A stretch of 63,255 nucleotides of DNA, counting the filler, from Reclinomonas americana ATCC 50394 (taxonomy: Eukaryota), in NCBI GenBank assembly GCA_048213135.1. It is 32 parts of 32 records of this genome, joined end to end, with 100 filler letters (N's around TTAATTAATTAA, not from the genome) between each part and the next. Parts side by side here need not be neighbours in the genome. Positions count along the whole stretch, not along the records: positions 10,046 to 11,947 come from AFZH01025126.1; positions 12,048 to 13,943 come from AFZH01025128.1; positions 14,044 to 15,932 come from AFZH01025129.1; positions 16,033 to 17,917 come from AFZH01025130.1; positions 18,018 to 19,899 come from AFZH01025131.1; positions 20,000 to 21,882 come from AFZH01025132.1; positions 21,983 to 23,863 come from AFZH01025133.1; 25 more parts are not named here. One strand, given 5' to 3'. The notes below the pieces were generated by a model, which made no database searches, was not told where the DNA came from, and saw nothing but the letters and a program-made list of their open reading frames with translations. Below, piece by piece: positions 11,141 through 22,713 of the stretch. Made by a program: the position numbers and the translations under genes. Positions within the stretch are counted from its first letter, which is position 1. The number at the start of each line of letters is the position of its first letter.

Positions 11141-11192
11141 AGGATCTCCTGCACATGCTTTGAAGAGAAGAGGATCTCCTACACATGCTTTG
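11141..11192. repeat. 22-bp direct repeat (30-bp period) just downstream of the YkuD-like gene
   Basis: aggatctcct(g/a)cacatgctttg at 11141 and 11171. Confidence 0.85.
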
Positions 11193-11240
11193 TCTTCCAC
11201 GGCGTAGTCATCACTCGTTGATCATGAGAAATCACGTGCC

Positions 11241-11286
<46 letters not shown>

Positions 11287-11360
11287 GCTTGACTCTGCCC
11301 GTTTCACTTCCGTTCCCTCTTTCCTTCCCCCACCTCCCTCTCCATAACACCGCCGTCCCT

Positions 11361-11846
11361 TTAATCATCCTGGACCATCGGCTCTGCATCAGCATCTCGT
11401 GGCCGTTCCGACTCCTTGTGCTTCTCGCCTCTCTCCATCTCCTCGTCCTCCTCATCCTCGACTTCGCGATCCTCTCCCTCCTCTTCGTCTTCGTCATCGT
11501 CGTCGTCACGACCACCGCGCCGTCTCCTGCCGGGACCCGTGTCGTCGCCGTCGGTGCCGTTCTGGTGACTGACTCCCAGCGCGTCGGCCACACGCGACGC
11601 CAGGCGCGATCGTGGTCCACCGCGGTTCGCCGGCCCGGCACCCGAGCGAGAGTGCGCCATGTCAATGTTGTTGCGTGCCAGCACCTGCTCGGCGCTGTCG
11701 AGCATGGCGCGCAACTCGCTCTGACGTGCCAGCAACTGCTCTCGCACATCGGCATCCACCTCGGCCGGCAGGTAGTACACCACAGGCTCGGTCTTGGTGC
11801 TCAAAAAATTGGAGCGCGGCAGCTCCTTGGAGGCGTAGGTCCAGTC
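11361..11846 (-). CDS. Pinin/SDK/MemA-domain protein, last exon
   Basis: NFLSTKTEPVVYYLPA matches the pinin F(I/L)xTKTxPxIYYLP motif; ctccag acceptor at 11847; acidic tail and TAA. Confidence 0.7.
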   Translation of the reverse strand, partial: DWTYASKELPRSNFLSTKTEPVVYYLPAEVDADVREQLLARQSELRAMLDSAEQVLARNNIDMAHSRSGAGPANRGGPRSRLASRVADALGVSHQNGTDGDDTGPGRRRRGGRDDDDDEDEEEGEDREVEDEEDEEMERGEKHKESERPRDADAEPMVQDD

Positions 11847-12047
11847 CTGGAGCATGATGAGAGAGTGGGCAACACAAACACAGCGAGGCACGGCAAACAC
11901 TGACCAAGATAGCTGTTCTGTCACACAGATCTTTCTCTCTCTCTCTCNNNNNNNNNNNNNNNNNNNNNNNNNNNNNNNNNNNNNNNNNNNNTTAATTAAT
12001 TAANNNNNNNNNNNNNNNNNNNNNNNNNNNNNNNNNNNNNNNNNNNN

Positions 12048-13236
12048 GTCGTAGTCGTCTAGTGTCGATTCCAGGTCCTCGATGCGCTTCTCCAGAGCAC
12101 GCACACGACCCTCGTCAATCTCCTCTTCGCACTCGTTGATTTGCGGGTAGTTGACAATCTGGCGCGCCTGCTCGGCATACCGCAGCGTGTTCTGCGTCTC
12201 CTTGCCGGTCTCCGTCGACGGAGCAACGTGTGCAATCATCAGCGTCCGACTGTTTCCGCCAAATGCGTTGTGCAGATACGACGTCAGCTTCGATTCTCTG
12301 AAGGGCACGGCGGCGCGGTTGATGGTCCCGCCCTGGCTCAGCGACAGAATGATGCGCGAGAGCGTCAAAATGTCCTTGTTGTCCTTGGTCTGCCCGGTGC
12401 CGGCCAAGTCCACCAGGTGGAAGGTGCTGAGGAGGTTGTGACTGCTGCGAGGAATCGACTGCCGCAGGTGCACAGAGAACACGTAGTGCGTCTGTCGTGT
12501 CGTGCCGTCGCCCGTGCGTCGCCGCCGTGCGCGTTCCATTACTCGGTGCAGTGAGTTGGCGATGAGGCTGCGGGAGGCGACGTGTTGAGCAAAAACTGCA
12601 AAACATGAGAGGAAGGGGAAAAAAGACACGCAACTCGACGCCGTGATTCGGATTGCGCACAACCTTGCGCGTCAGGCCGTCGACGTGGAAGCCGAGTGCG
12701 GTGGAGCCACGAATGCGCAGCGGCTGACTGCTGCCGCCACCAGCGGCGGCGGCGGCGGTGGCGGCCGCTGAAGGAGTCGACGACGACGTGGGTGTGGATG
12801 ATGCGGTACTGGCACCACTAATCAACCCCGGCAGCATCGCGGGAGGCGCTGCGCCGCTCAGCGACGGCGAACGATCGCGCGACTGTGAGCTGGAACGCGG
12901 ACGCCCGCCGCCGCTGACACTCGAGGTGGTGCTGGCGGAACTCAGTGGCGAGATGGCGGCCGACGAGGGGCGTCGATCGTGTGAGGAGCGCGTCAGAAGG
13001 TCCTCCATTGAGTCGGGATTGATGGCCACGAAGGAGACGCGAATGTCGGCGGGGGCCTGCGATGCGGCGTTGCGTTCCTGCGTGGGTGAAGTCAGGGGGG
13101 AGGGTCGAAAGGGGAAATGGGGGGATCAGGGCACAACTTTGAGTGCCTTGAAGACGGCACTGAGCACGCGTTGGGCCATGCCGGGCTGCGGTTGATCGCC
13201 GCCGCGGCCGAATACGGTGTAGGTTTTGCCGGTGAG
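12048..13236 (-). CDS. Kinesin motor-domain protein with degenerate switch I/II, internal fragment
   Basis: TGKTYTVFG, IRVSF...EDLL, FHVDGL, FHLVDLAG, VPFRESKLTSYL..AFGGNSRTLMIAHVAPS, ETQNTLRYA..ARQIVNYPQINE, then coiled coil. Confidence 0.9.
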
Positions 13237-13239
13237 CTG

Positions 13240-13943
<704 letters not shown>

Positions 13944-14120
13944 NNNNNNNNNNNNNNNNNNNNNNNNNNNNNNNNNNNNNNNNNNNNTTAATTAATTAAN
14001 NNNNNNNNNNNNNNNNNNNNNNNNNNNNNNNNNNNNNNNNNNNTGTGTGTGTGTGTGTGTGTGCGTGTTTGCGATATACCTGCACCACATCGCTGACGTA
14101 TCATCGCAACAATTGCACAG

Positions 14121-14406
14121 CACAACATGAAGGGTGCGCTGGATAGCTTCACCAAGTATTTTGAGTTGGCACAACGGATGGGCGACAGGAAGATGATTGA
14201 GCGAGCCAAGATCTTTATCGGTGTGTACAATACTTGTGTCGCCGCCGTCGTCCGTCCATCGTCGTGCAGCGGCGCGCTGACCGCGTGGACTCGCAGGTCT
14301 TGCCAAGGGCAACGCCTCACTCGGACGCTTCATGGACATTCTCCAGACCGATGCACCGGCACTCTTCCGGTGGAGAGAAAAACGTGTTCCCTTTTGCGAC
14401 GTGTAG
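14121..14406 (+). CDS. TPR protein, TTC29-like C-terminus (2 exons)
   Basis: Exons 14121-14220 and 14297-14406 splice to HNMKGALDSFTKYFELAQRMGDRKMIERAKIFIGLAKGNASLGRFMDILQTDAPALFRWREKRVPFCDV*, resembling the TTC29 end (G.A.GNA....M......LL.WK..R.PF). Confidence 0.65.
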
Positions 14407-14483
14407 ACCCCCAAATCCTCCACTCATGTACAACAAATTCGTCACTGGGAAACCGGCACCCACGGTACAGCGTAAACAGTTGT

Positions 14484-15760
14484 TTATTTTCGATTAGCAC
14501 ATTGATTCGCGTTTATCCCGGCGAACTTGGCACACTGGATATTAGCGCCCACCGCGTATCGAGCCTGCACGGGGAGCAACACACGCATCATCAGCAACAG
14601 CAGCCCGTCGCCCACGCCAATGAGACACAACATGTACCATCGCAAGGCTGTTCGATGGACAGCCGGCAGCGCATGCTCAACAGATTGTACAGAAACAAGT
14701 CGGCGCTCGCCTGCAGAAGACGTAGAGTGTGTGTGTGAGAGAGAGAAAACTGCATTCACGGGAAGAAACGAGAGAGTGTGGAGACACCCACCCAGCGGAA
14801 TCACAGTGTTGACTCCATCCCACGCCTCCGACCGCTGCGCCATGGCCTCACACAAGTGGGCAAGCTTCCGCCGGAACGTGGAAAACTCGCGGACCAAACG
14901 ATCGACCTCCGCCATGTCTTCTGTCCACTCATCCCACGAGTCCCAGTCGCTCTCTGCGCACGCACGCACACACACAGTTATGTTATGTGTGCGCGTATTG
15001 TCGTATGAATGCCCAGGGAAACGCAAACTTACCCGCATTGCTGACGTGATCGCCGTCGCCATCGGATGACATGACATCCTCAGCGTCGACGTGCTGCTCC
15101 GTTTCCAGTCCGACGTGGATGGGTGAGCGCTGAGTGGGGGTGAACGCGACACCGCCACTGCGGGTGGACACGTCGGCCTCGGAAGTCGGGCTCATCTGAC
15201 CCAGATCCGGGTCTGCACAGTGCAGTCGAGTGAACAACATTGTTACACACACGCACGCACATGAGAGACACACACACTCACATGACTCGTGTAGCCGCAC
15301 GGCGATAGCCGTGAGTGCTGCTCGCAACAGTCGACCGTCGCCGCAAATGCACGTCACTCCGCACACAATGTCAAAGATTTGCTTGAGAATCAGAGTCTCC
15401 AACGGCTGCGAGATGCATGTGTGAGCGCTCTCGGGTACCGGCTGAGCGTGAAATCTCACGCACCTTTCGCTCAACCAGAGTAAGCAGCTGCGTCACACTC
15501 TCCACCAACACAGCCACCGTGTTCGTATCATCTGTGGGAGACAACAAGTACTCAGCAAGTTGTGAATTGCAGGAAAAATTCACCAGGACGCACATCGACC
15601 TTCGCTGTGCTTGAATGGTCGCAAGTGCTTCTTGTCACGCCAGTACTGCAATGACTGAAAATTGTTGGGCTGCTCGTACGACGGGGCAAAGTTCTACGCA
15701 CGACCGCATCACCACAGTCAGCGCCACAAGTCACACCCAACAAGAGCACAACTCGTGACA
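14484..15760 (-). CDS. Multi-exon hypothetical protein
   Basis: Exon-like blocks bounded by cag/gt (QLAEYLLSPTDD..., ESDWDSWDEWTEDMAEVDRLVREFSTFRRKL...) separated by (CA)-rich introns; no family recognised. Confidence 0.5.
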
Positions 15761-16032
15761 ACAGCGGACCTGCGCCTGTCGCGGTACCATTCCGCCGCGA
15801 GTGGGTGTGTCGGCGTGCGTCGGTGATCCGGTAAGCGGCACTCTGGCACTCGGACTCATGCTGCCTTTTGACTCGGGCCCGCTGACGACACCCCCTGCGA
15901 GCACACGTGGTCAGCGAGAGAAAGAGAGAGGGNNNNNNNNNNNNNNNNNNNNNNNNNNNNNNNNNNNNNNNNNNNNTTAATTAATTAANNNNNNNNNNNN
16001 NNNNNNNNNNNNNNNNNNNNNNNNNNNNNNNN

Positions 16033-17858
16033 TTAACCAGTGGCCGCAAATAAGTCGAGTAAATAGATCCATCGGTAGCGCGGAGGGTAACGTCGGTGAA
16101 ATAGCTGGAAAGCGAAGCATTGTCGATTCTGGTCCACGTCCTCGCGCCGTCGAAACTCTCGCGAACTCCATTCACAAGTGCAGCAGCCAAGACGGTCGAA
16201 CCGGTGTGATCGACATGGAGTCTGAAAAATTGCGTCACATCAGCCGGTCCGCCAAGAGCAATCCAAGTGACACCCAGGTCGGCCGACACGAAGTTGTGAT
16301 GGGAGTTGACTTGCGAGGCATACAGCAGCCGCCCGCCGCCGCTCAACTCCACGGCATCGACGTACGCAAACACGCCTACTGGCAAGCTGCGATGTGCCCA
16401 TGTATAGCCACCATCCGTCGACACAGCGATATCGTCGTCGATGCCAGCAGCAGAGACAACCACTGTCGTGCCGTCCTCGCTCATCGTTATCGACTGGAAA
16501 GAGACGTTGGAACCGGTGGACACGCCAGTCCAAGTCGCCCCACCGTCCTCGGAAATCTGAACATCCACCGGCTTGGCTGTGGTGATGGCGACCAGCCTTC
16601 CCCCGTCGGTGCTCATCACAACGGCGGCCACGGGCAGTGAACTACTGCCCAAAACCTTCGTCCACGTCGCGCCCAAGTCTTGCGAAGTGAAAACGCCACC
16701 GGATGGGTCTGGATACGAGACAGCAAGGTTTCGGCCACTGCGACTCGCTGCAACAGTCGGTATGTAGCCGGCCAAGACGCCGATCGGGGGGCCGAAGCGC
16801 TGCAGGCAAGAGGCCGCGCAGATTGCCACAGTCGCCGTCTGCTGCAAGCACACTTTTCCGCCCGTGCATGCCACCGTCACCGGCGCGCCGTTGCAAGAGA
16901 GCACGCTCATCCCGTCGGACGAGCACACTGACTCGCCGACGCCCAGCTGACACTGGCTGCAGTCCGATCCGAAGAAGCCAGTGGGACACTGCGGCGGCGC
17001 ACCGACAGTGACTCGGCCCACGGCGGTCCACGTGACAAGCGTCGTGTTGCCGGCTCCTGGATCCTCAGTGGCAAACGTAAAGCCGCTCACAAACGTCTCG
17101 CCGCCGACCACATGCGTATGCAACTCGAGCGAGCTGTTCAGCACGTGGTGGCTGATCACGGCTCCGCCACCGGACTTGGATTTCCAGCCACGCAAGAACA
17201 GCTGCGTCGACAAGGTGGCAGCGAGCAGTCCGTTTTGCGCGTCCACCGAAATCAAGCTGACCGTGGCCGTGAGCGTGTCAGAGGTGTGCGTTGTCTCTGT
17301 GTTCGCAGACAGGCGTGAGAGGTGCTTCCCAATCAAGCAAAGACAGAAAAGGCAGCAGCACACGCACCACCAGCTCGCATGACAAATCCCGTACAGTTTG
17401 AAGCATCTTCACGTGCACGAGCAGGGCCAATGGCAACTCGCGCATACAGACGCTCTACTTGCGCGTCGCCGGTGACGACGCCATGAACGTCGCCTTGTGT
17501 GCGGCTGACCGATCCGTGTGACAGCACAAAGTTGTCAGAGAGAGTTGCGGATCCACCAGTAACAAGCGACGACCGTCGTCTGGCACGCACGCCAGTCAGT
17601 GCGACGGCCAGTGTGGGCACGGATGCAAAGGGATACAAGGCCGACACATTGCGTCGCTTCATTGACCAAGGTAAGTAAAACACTGCGGTGTATACTGAAA
17701 TACCCGATCACACTCACCACCAGCACAGACTTGTTGGTGGCTGCACTGAGCCAACCGTTGCTACTCAGTTGAACAGTGCGCGTAAGGGTGAAGGTGTCCG
17801 AATGATGCACATAGTACGCGAGGTACGCTGCATGAATATGAATGACGATCGTGAGCAC
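16033..17858 (-). CDS. Surface/secreted protein with an EGF-like Cys-rich segment and a BNR/Asp-box beta-propeller, partial
   Basis: CPTGFFGSDCSQC followed by SxDxGxTW repeats (SQDLGATW, SEDGGATW, STDGGYTW, SADLGVTW, SFDGARTW). Confidence 0.75.
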
Positions 17859-18017
17859 AAAGTATTATCGAGAGAAGTGACACCACACACACACACACAC
17901 TGTCTCTTTCTTTCTTTNNNNNNNNNNNNNNNNNNNNNNNNNNNNNNNNNNNNNNNNNNNNTTAATTAATTAANNNNNNNNNNNNNNNNNNNNNNNNNNN
18001 NNNNNNNNNNNNNNNNN

Positions 18018-18095
18018 GTCGAGGCGATGGTGACGGTACAATCGCAGACATCCTTCACGATGTCCGGCAAGCAATTCCAATTCTGCGGAGAGTGA
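18018..18095 (+). CDS. 3' end of an upstream bacterial ORF, probably in an operon with the transglycosylase
   Basis: Open frame from the contig edge to TGA 18093-18095, one base before the next ATG; a GGAG ribosome-binding site lies inside it. Confidence 0.55.
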   Translation, partial: VEAMVTVQSQTSFTMSGKQFQFCGE

Positions 18096-18096
18096 G

Positions 18097-18849
18097 ATGC
18101 ATCGGCCGCTCGTGACCGCCGCACTGACAATGCTCGCGACCGTGTCATTCGCGAGCACCTGCCCTCAGGGCGACGAGATGCTCAAGAACAATACGTCGCT
18201 GGCATCCCTCTGTCCGAACGGATTTACCTCGCAATCTGGTGGCGACATGGCGACGGCGATGGATCGGCAGAAGAACAACGTCTCGATGGTCTACGCATCC
18301 GCGCAGAATATGGGTGTTCCGCCCGAACTCGCTCTCGCCGTCAGCTATCATGAAGCGGTCGGGTTCAATTCCTGCGCTGGCTCGGATACCGGCGTCAGAG
18401 GGCCGATGCAGCTCACCAAGCGAACCGGCCGGTCCTACGGCTACGATCGCGACATCAACGAGCAAAACGTCAATGGCGGTATGAAGGTCCTGAAAACCGC
18501 CTACGACAGATGCGGCATGGACTATGCCTGCCTGTCGGCGAACTACAACGGCTCACCCCGCCCGGGTGAGCAGGCGGGCTGGGCGCGTGGCGTCGGCGCC
18601 GCTCATCAGAAATTGCTCAATACGCCGAGCCTGATGGCGAAGGCATGCAGCGGGAGCCAGAGCGCGGCCTGTGTCAGTCCCGGCGACTTTCCCAACCCCG
18701 GCACGAGTCCCAGCCTGGTTGCAGGATCTGCTGCGCCCGCGGGCAATGCGGGGCTGGCGGGCATCGTCCCGCAACCCATGGATACCGACATCGTCGTCGG
18801 ATCGCGGATGGCGGAGCACCGGTCGGGCAGCGCTCTCACCCGGGGCTGA
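18097..18849 (+). CDS. Secreted lytic transglycosylase (SLT domain), bacterial
   Basis: Signal peptide MHRPLVTAALTMLATVSFA; GVPPELALAVSYHE (catalytic Glu), GPMQL, NVNGGMKVL and ANYNG correspond to SLT motifs I-III; GGAG RBS at 18088. Confidence 0.8.
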   Translation: MHRPLVTAALTMLATVSFASTCPQGDEMLKNNTSLASLCPNGFTSQSGGDMATAMDRQKNNVSMVYASAQNMGVPPELALAVSYHEAVGFNSCAGSDTGVRGPMQLTKRTGRSYGYDRDINEQNVNGGMKVLKTAYDRCGMDYACLSANYNGSPRPGEQAGWARGVGAAHQKLLNTPSLMAKACSGSQSAACVSPGDFPNPGTSPSLVAGSAAPAGNAGLAGIVPQPMDTDIVVGSRMAEHRSGSALTRG

Positions 18850-18850
18850 T

Positions 18851-19252
18851 CTATTCGTCAGGCGGTTCAGCCTTCGAAACAGAACGCTGCGACTGCTGGG
18901 GGGCTTGATCGTCGTCGAAGCGCTCGTCCGAATATTCGTGGGACAAGAGCTGATCGATCTCGTCGGCCGAGAGGCCGTATGACTGCGCCCCGCTGCTGAC
19001 GGTTTCGTCGCGAATGCCAAGGAGGCTCCAAACAGAAACCTCATACGAAGCCGCCAGGGTGAGCAGTGTCGCGAAGCTTGGATTCCCCTTTCCATTGCGC
19101 AGCAGCGCTAACGTCCGACGCGAAATCCCGGACTTCTCGGCAAAGGCCGCATAGCTGGGAAAAGAGCGCTCAATCTGCCGAAGCCGCAATGCAAGCACAC
19201 TATTTAGCCACCTATCGGTCGTATCGGCAGGCTTTCTCCCAGGCATCGTCAT
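18851..19252 (-). CDS. XRE-family helix-turn-helix regulator (paralog 1), bacterial
   Basis: VLALRLRQIERSFPSYAAFAEKSGISRRTLALLRNGKGNPSFATLLTLAASYEVSVWSLLG. Confidence 0.85.
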   Translation of the reverse strand: MTMPGRKPADTTDRWLNSVLALRLRQIERSFPSYAAFAEKSGISRRTLALLRNGKGNPSFATLLTLAASYEVSVWSLLGIRDETVSSGAQSYGLSADEIDQLLSHEYSDERFDDDQAPQQSQRSVSKAEPPDE

Positions 19253-19344
19253 AGAGCCTCGACTTTTGATCAGGCTCAATAAATTAACCCGGGGAAACGA
19301 ACCGAGTCGAGATGTAAGGGGGCTGTTCACGCAACTAATGCGTG

Positions 19345-19764
19345 TCAGCGGCGCTTCTTGGCGACAGTTTCTTGCTTCCGGGACGGCTGCGGGACCGGTG
19401 CTTCCGCCCCGATTTCCTTGTTCAGCTGCTCGAAAATGCCGTCATATGGGAGCCCGAAGGACTCGACGTCGCCCTTCACACTCTCCTCGCGGATTCCAAG
19501 CAGGCTCCAAACCGAAACACCGAAGCTATCTGCCAGCGTGGTCAAGGTTTTCAGGGAGGGGTTGCCGCGGCCATAGCGCAACAGGAGCAGGGTGCTGCGG
19601 GAAAGCCGCGAGGCCTTCACGAATTCCTCGTGGCTGGGATATGTGCGCTCGATCTGTCTCAGGCGAAGTGCCAAAACCGAAGACAGCCACGGATCGTCGC
19701 TGCGCTCGCGCTTCTTGTAGATCCGTGCCCCTGAAGGCGACCCTTTCCTCATAACCGATTCCAT
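19345..19764 (-). CDS. XRE-family helix-turn-helix regulator (paralog 2), bacterial
   Basis: VLALRLRQIERTYPSHEEFVKASRLSRSTLLLLRYGRGNPSLKTLTTLADSFGVSVWSLLG. Confidence 0.85.
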   Translation of the reverse strand: MESVMRKGSPSGARIYKKRERSDDPWLSSVLALRLRQIERTYPSHEEFVKASRLSRSTLLLLRYGRGNPSLKTLTTLADSFGVSVWSLLGIREESVKGDVESFGLPYDGIFEQLNKEIGAEAPVPQPSRKQETVAKKRR

Positions 19765-19999
19765 TCGCGGCTATAGGTACGGGCGTCGATCAAGGTTTGA
19801 TATTCGGACGTTTTCCTCAACCAGCATGCTCGAAGAGCCTTGCTCATGGACAGCAGCACAGCGCGCATGACTCCAAAGGCTCGCGATGTCCAGCAATTTN
19901 NNNNNNNNNNNNNNNNNNNNNNNNNNNNNNNNNNNNNNNNNNNTTAATTAATTAANNNNNNNNNNNNNNNNNNNNNNNNNNNNNNNNNNNNNNNNNNNN

Positions 20000-20074
<75 letters not shown>

Positions 20075-20129
20075 TGAGCCTCGATGACACACATCTCGCC
20101 ACAGACGATTGACAAAAAAACAGACCCTG

Positions 20130-21845
20130 CAAACGCTCGGCCAGCTGTCCGGTGATGAACTCGCGCTGCGCCGGCGGTTTCCTCTTTGCGCCCTGCTGCA
20201 CGCTCGAGCGCCCACTCGTGGCGCCACTGGACGGCGTTGCGCGACCCGCCAGCGCGGACTGCTGCACTCGTTCCTCTACGTTGATGTCGAGCAGATTGTC
20301 GCCGACCAGTTCGAAAACGGCCACGCGCACAGACATGGAGCCGGCACCCGCAGCTGGTGCCTCAAACAGCGCCTTGCAAGCAGCAGCCAGCATGCCTGCC
20401 GCAAGGAGAGATATGAGTGCGACTACAACACCAAGTGCGCGGAGAGATACACGTGATGTAAGCACCTCTCTCGTAGGCAAACTGTTGCAGTTGCTTTCCG
20501 GAGAGCAGCTGCAAGGTGTGGTGAGATGTGAACAGAACGCACACAACAAGGGAGGAAGAACAGCACGACTCACCGATCCGTATGTGAACAGGGAGGCGCC
20601 ATTGCCGGCCAACGCATGTTGCACAAGCTCCATGATTGACTCGTGGGCCACCTGTGCATGCGATTGCTTTGAGTCTTCACTGGCTATCAACACACGGGAT
20701 GAACAAGAGTACCTGTGGCGCCGTATCCATATCGTGCACGGCATCGAAACGGAACACTTCGCCAGTGGCCAGAGCCACGCGATCCGGCTTGACGATTTGC
20801 ACAGCTTGGTCACCCCAACGATACTCATTGCGATAGTAGGGACGGACCAGAACCACCGCCTTGAAGTCACCACCAGCGTCCGCTCCTCGACCACTGGACG
20901 AGGGTGGCGTCTGCATCTGCGACTTGCTGCGCACCGTTTGCCAGGGCTCTGCGCAGAGACGTGAGCAAAGAGAGGAAAGCCACACACATTTGTAAGCTTC
21001 GCGACGCAACGAGAGGATACTGGTGACTGCGGTCTGCCATCGGGAGAGCCATTGAGTACACGTGGTGAAAGCGATCGCGGCGACACTGCGACCGCGGGGG
21101 AGGCAAGTGAGCACAAAACACATCCTCGGAACACGATTCAAACCCCTCAAACCATTCGGCGACGCGTCAGTAGCGGCAACAGTCGACGGCGCATTGGAAC
21201 GGAAGAATCCGAAGCGCAATGCCGCCGTATCGTGCTCCAGATGGCCAATGTACGGACTCAGATGAATACTGACACTGCACACATTAATGAATTCGTCAGA
21301 CTTCTCCACGACCCCCGCAACAGCACAAAGCCAACGCAAACGCAACATTGACTTGAATCGGCGTGCAAACGCAGTGCCGAGCAGTCCCACCAACTTGTAC
21401 TGGCGGAACAGTGTGTGCATAAAGTTGCTGGAGGTGATGGAGTCTGCGTGGCCGAGATGGGATGAGTGCCTGCTGTCACAGCAGTGGAGAGGCGTCGCTC
21501 CTCGAATCGCAACTTTCATCCGCCGGCTGCGTGGTTTGCGCCGCCACCAGCAGCTCTTGCAGTGCTGCAAACTCGCCGGCAAGGTGTTGCACCTAATCAA
21601 CGCGCAATACTAAGCCAACGGAGCGCTGAAAAGAGAGAAGCGAGCGGACTGAAACTCACGTCGGGATTCGACGAAGCAGCTCCGAACTGCTGCGCCGCGA
21701 GATCCGCAATGACAATCTTGCCGTGCGAGGGCGGACCGCCGCCCTCAAATGGCCGGAGAACGTCCAAGTACAGCGTGTAAATCGTATGCGACTGGCGCTG
21801 CACCTCCTGCGAGTCCATCGACACGGCATCCGCAATGCGCTGCAC
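20130..21845 (-). CDS. Multi-exon protein with a divergent kinesin-like motor region after an unrecognised N-terminal part
   Basis: Spliced exons read FKAVVLVRP...FRFDAVHDMDTAPQ|VAHESIMELVQHALAGNGASLFTYGS|LLSGKQLQQFAYER|GMLAAACKALFE...VRVAVFELVGDNLLDI, following kinesin beta1, F.FD, P-loop, alpha2 and beta4-5 in order. Confidence 0.7.
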
Positions 21846-21982
21846 GGGGGGAAAGGAATATGTGTGAATTCCACAAACGGTTNNNNNNNNNNNNNNNNNN
21901 NNNNNNNNNNNNNNNNNNNNNNNNNNTTAATTAATTAANNNNNNNNNNNNNNNNNNNNNNNNNNNNNNNNNNNNNNNNNNNN

Positions 21983-22713
21983 TTGCTGCCTCCTCACGGG
22001 CGTCACGTAGTCCTTGGGCGCGGCGGCCCCTCGCCCGCCCGTGGCCGCCCTCTTGGCCTTGCTCTTCTCCACCGCCACATCGACCTTGGTCGGCGACTTG
22101 TCCCGTGGATCGACATACGTCGACACATTCCATCCGGTCTTGCCCTCCAGCGCCTCATTCACCGGCAGCTCGCACCGCGAATTCATCGTCACATTCTTGC
22201 TCAACAGCCGCTGCTTCTGCTTCTCGTCCAACAGCAGACGCGGATCCAGTCGAAATTTGGTGGTGCCCGCCGACGGCGGCACATACTCTGTCTCGCGAAA
22301 CACCTCCGGCAGCTTCTCCGCGCGGTAATTGTACTCCATGCGCGTGGCCTGATAGGCGTGATTGACGCGCATCTGCGCGCGGTCCTCCACCACGTGCCGA
22401 TCCAAATTCACGCTCTGATTCCACGGCGTCCGTCCACCGACCAGCGTCCGCGGCTGCAGATCCAGCAACGTCGCGTGCCGCAGCTCGCGCACGTGCTGTG
22501 GGACCTTGGTGGCGTCGAACACGGCCTCGCTCGCCGGGAAGTTGATGTTGGGAGCGGTGTCGATGCTGTGCGTGGGTGGAGAGGGAGGGTGAGTGGTGCG
22601 TGAGGGAGAGGGAGGGGGAGGGAGAAGCAGGGAGAAGGAGGGAGAGAGAGAGATACGAACCTTCCGGGTTGGCCGGCGAATTTGCTGGCGGCCTTTCCTC
22701 TTCGTTCTGCCAT
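21983..22713 (-). CDS. Hypothetical protein, 3'-partial (2 exons)
   Basis: ATG 22713; intron from donor 22660 to a cacag acceptor; long GC3-biased exon (...PWNQSV...EYNYRAEKLP...GWNVSTYVDP...). Confidence 0.7.
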
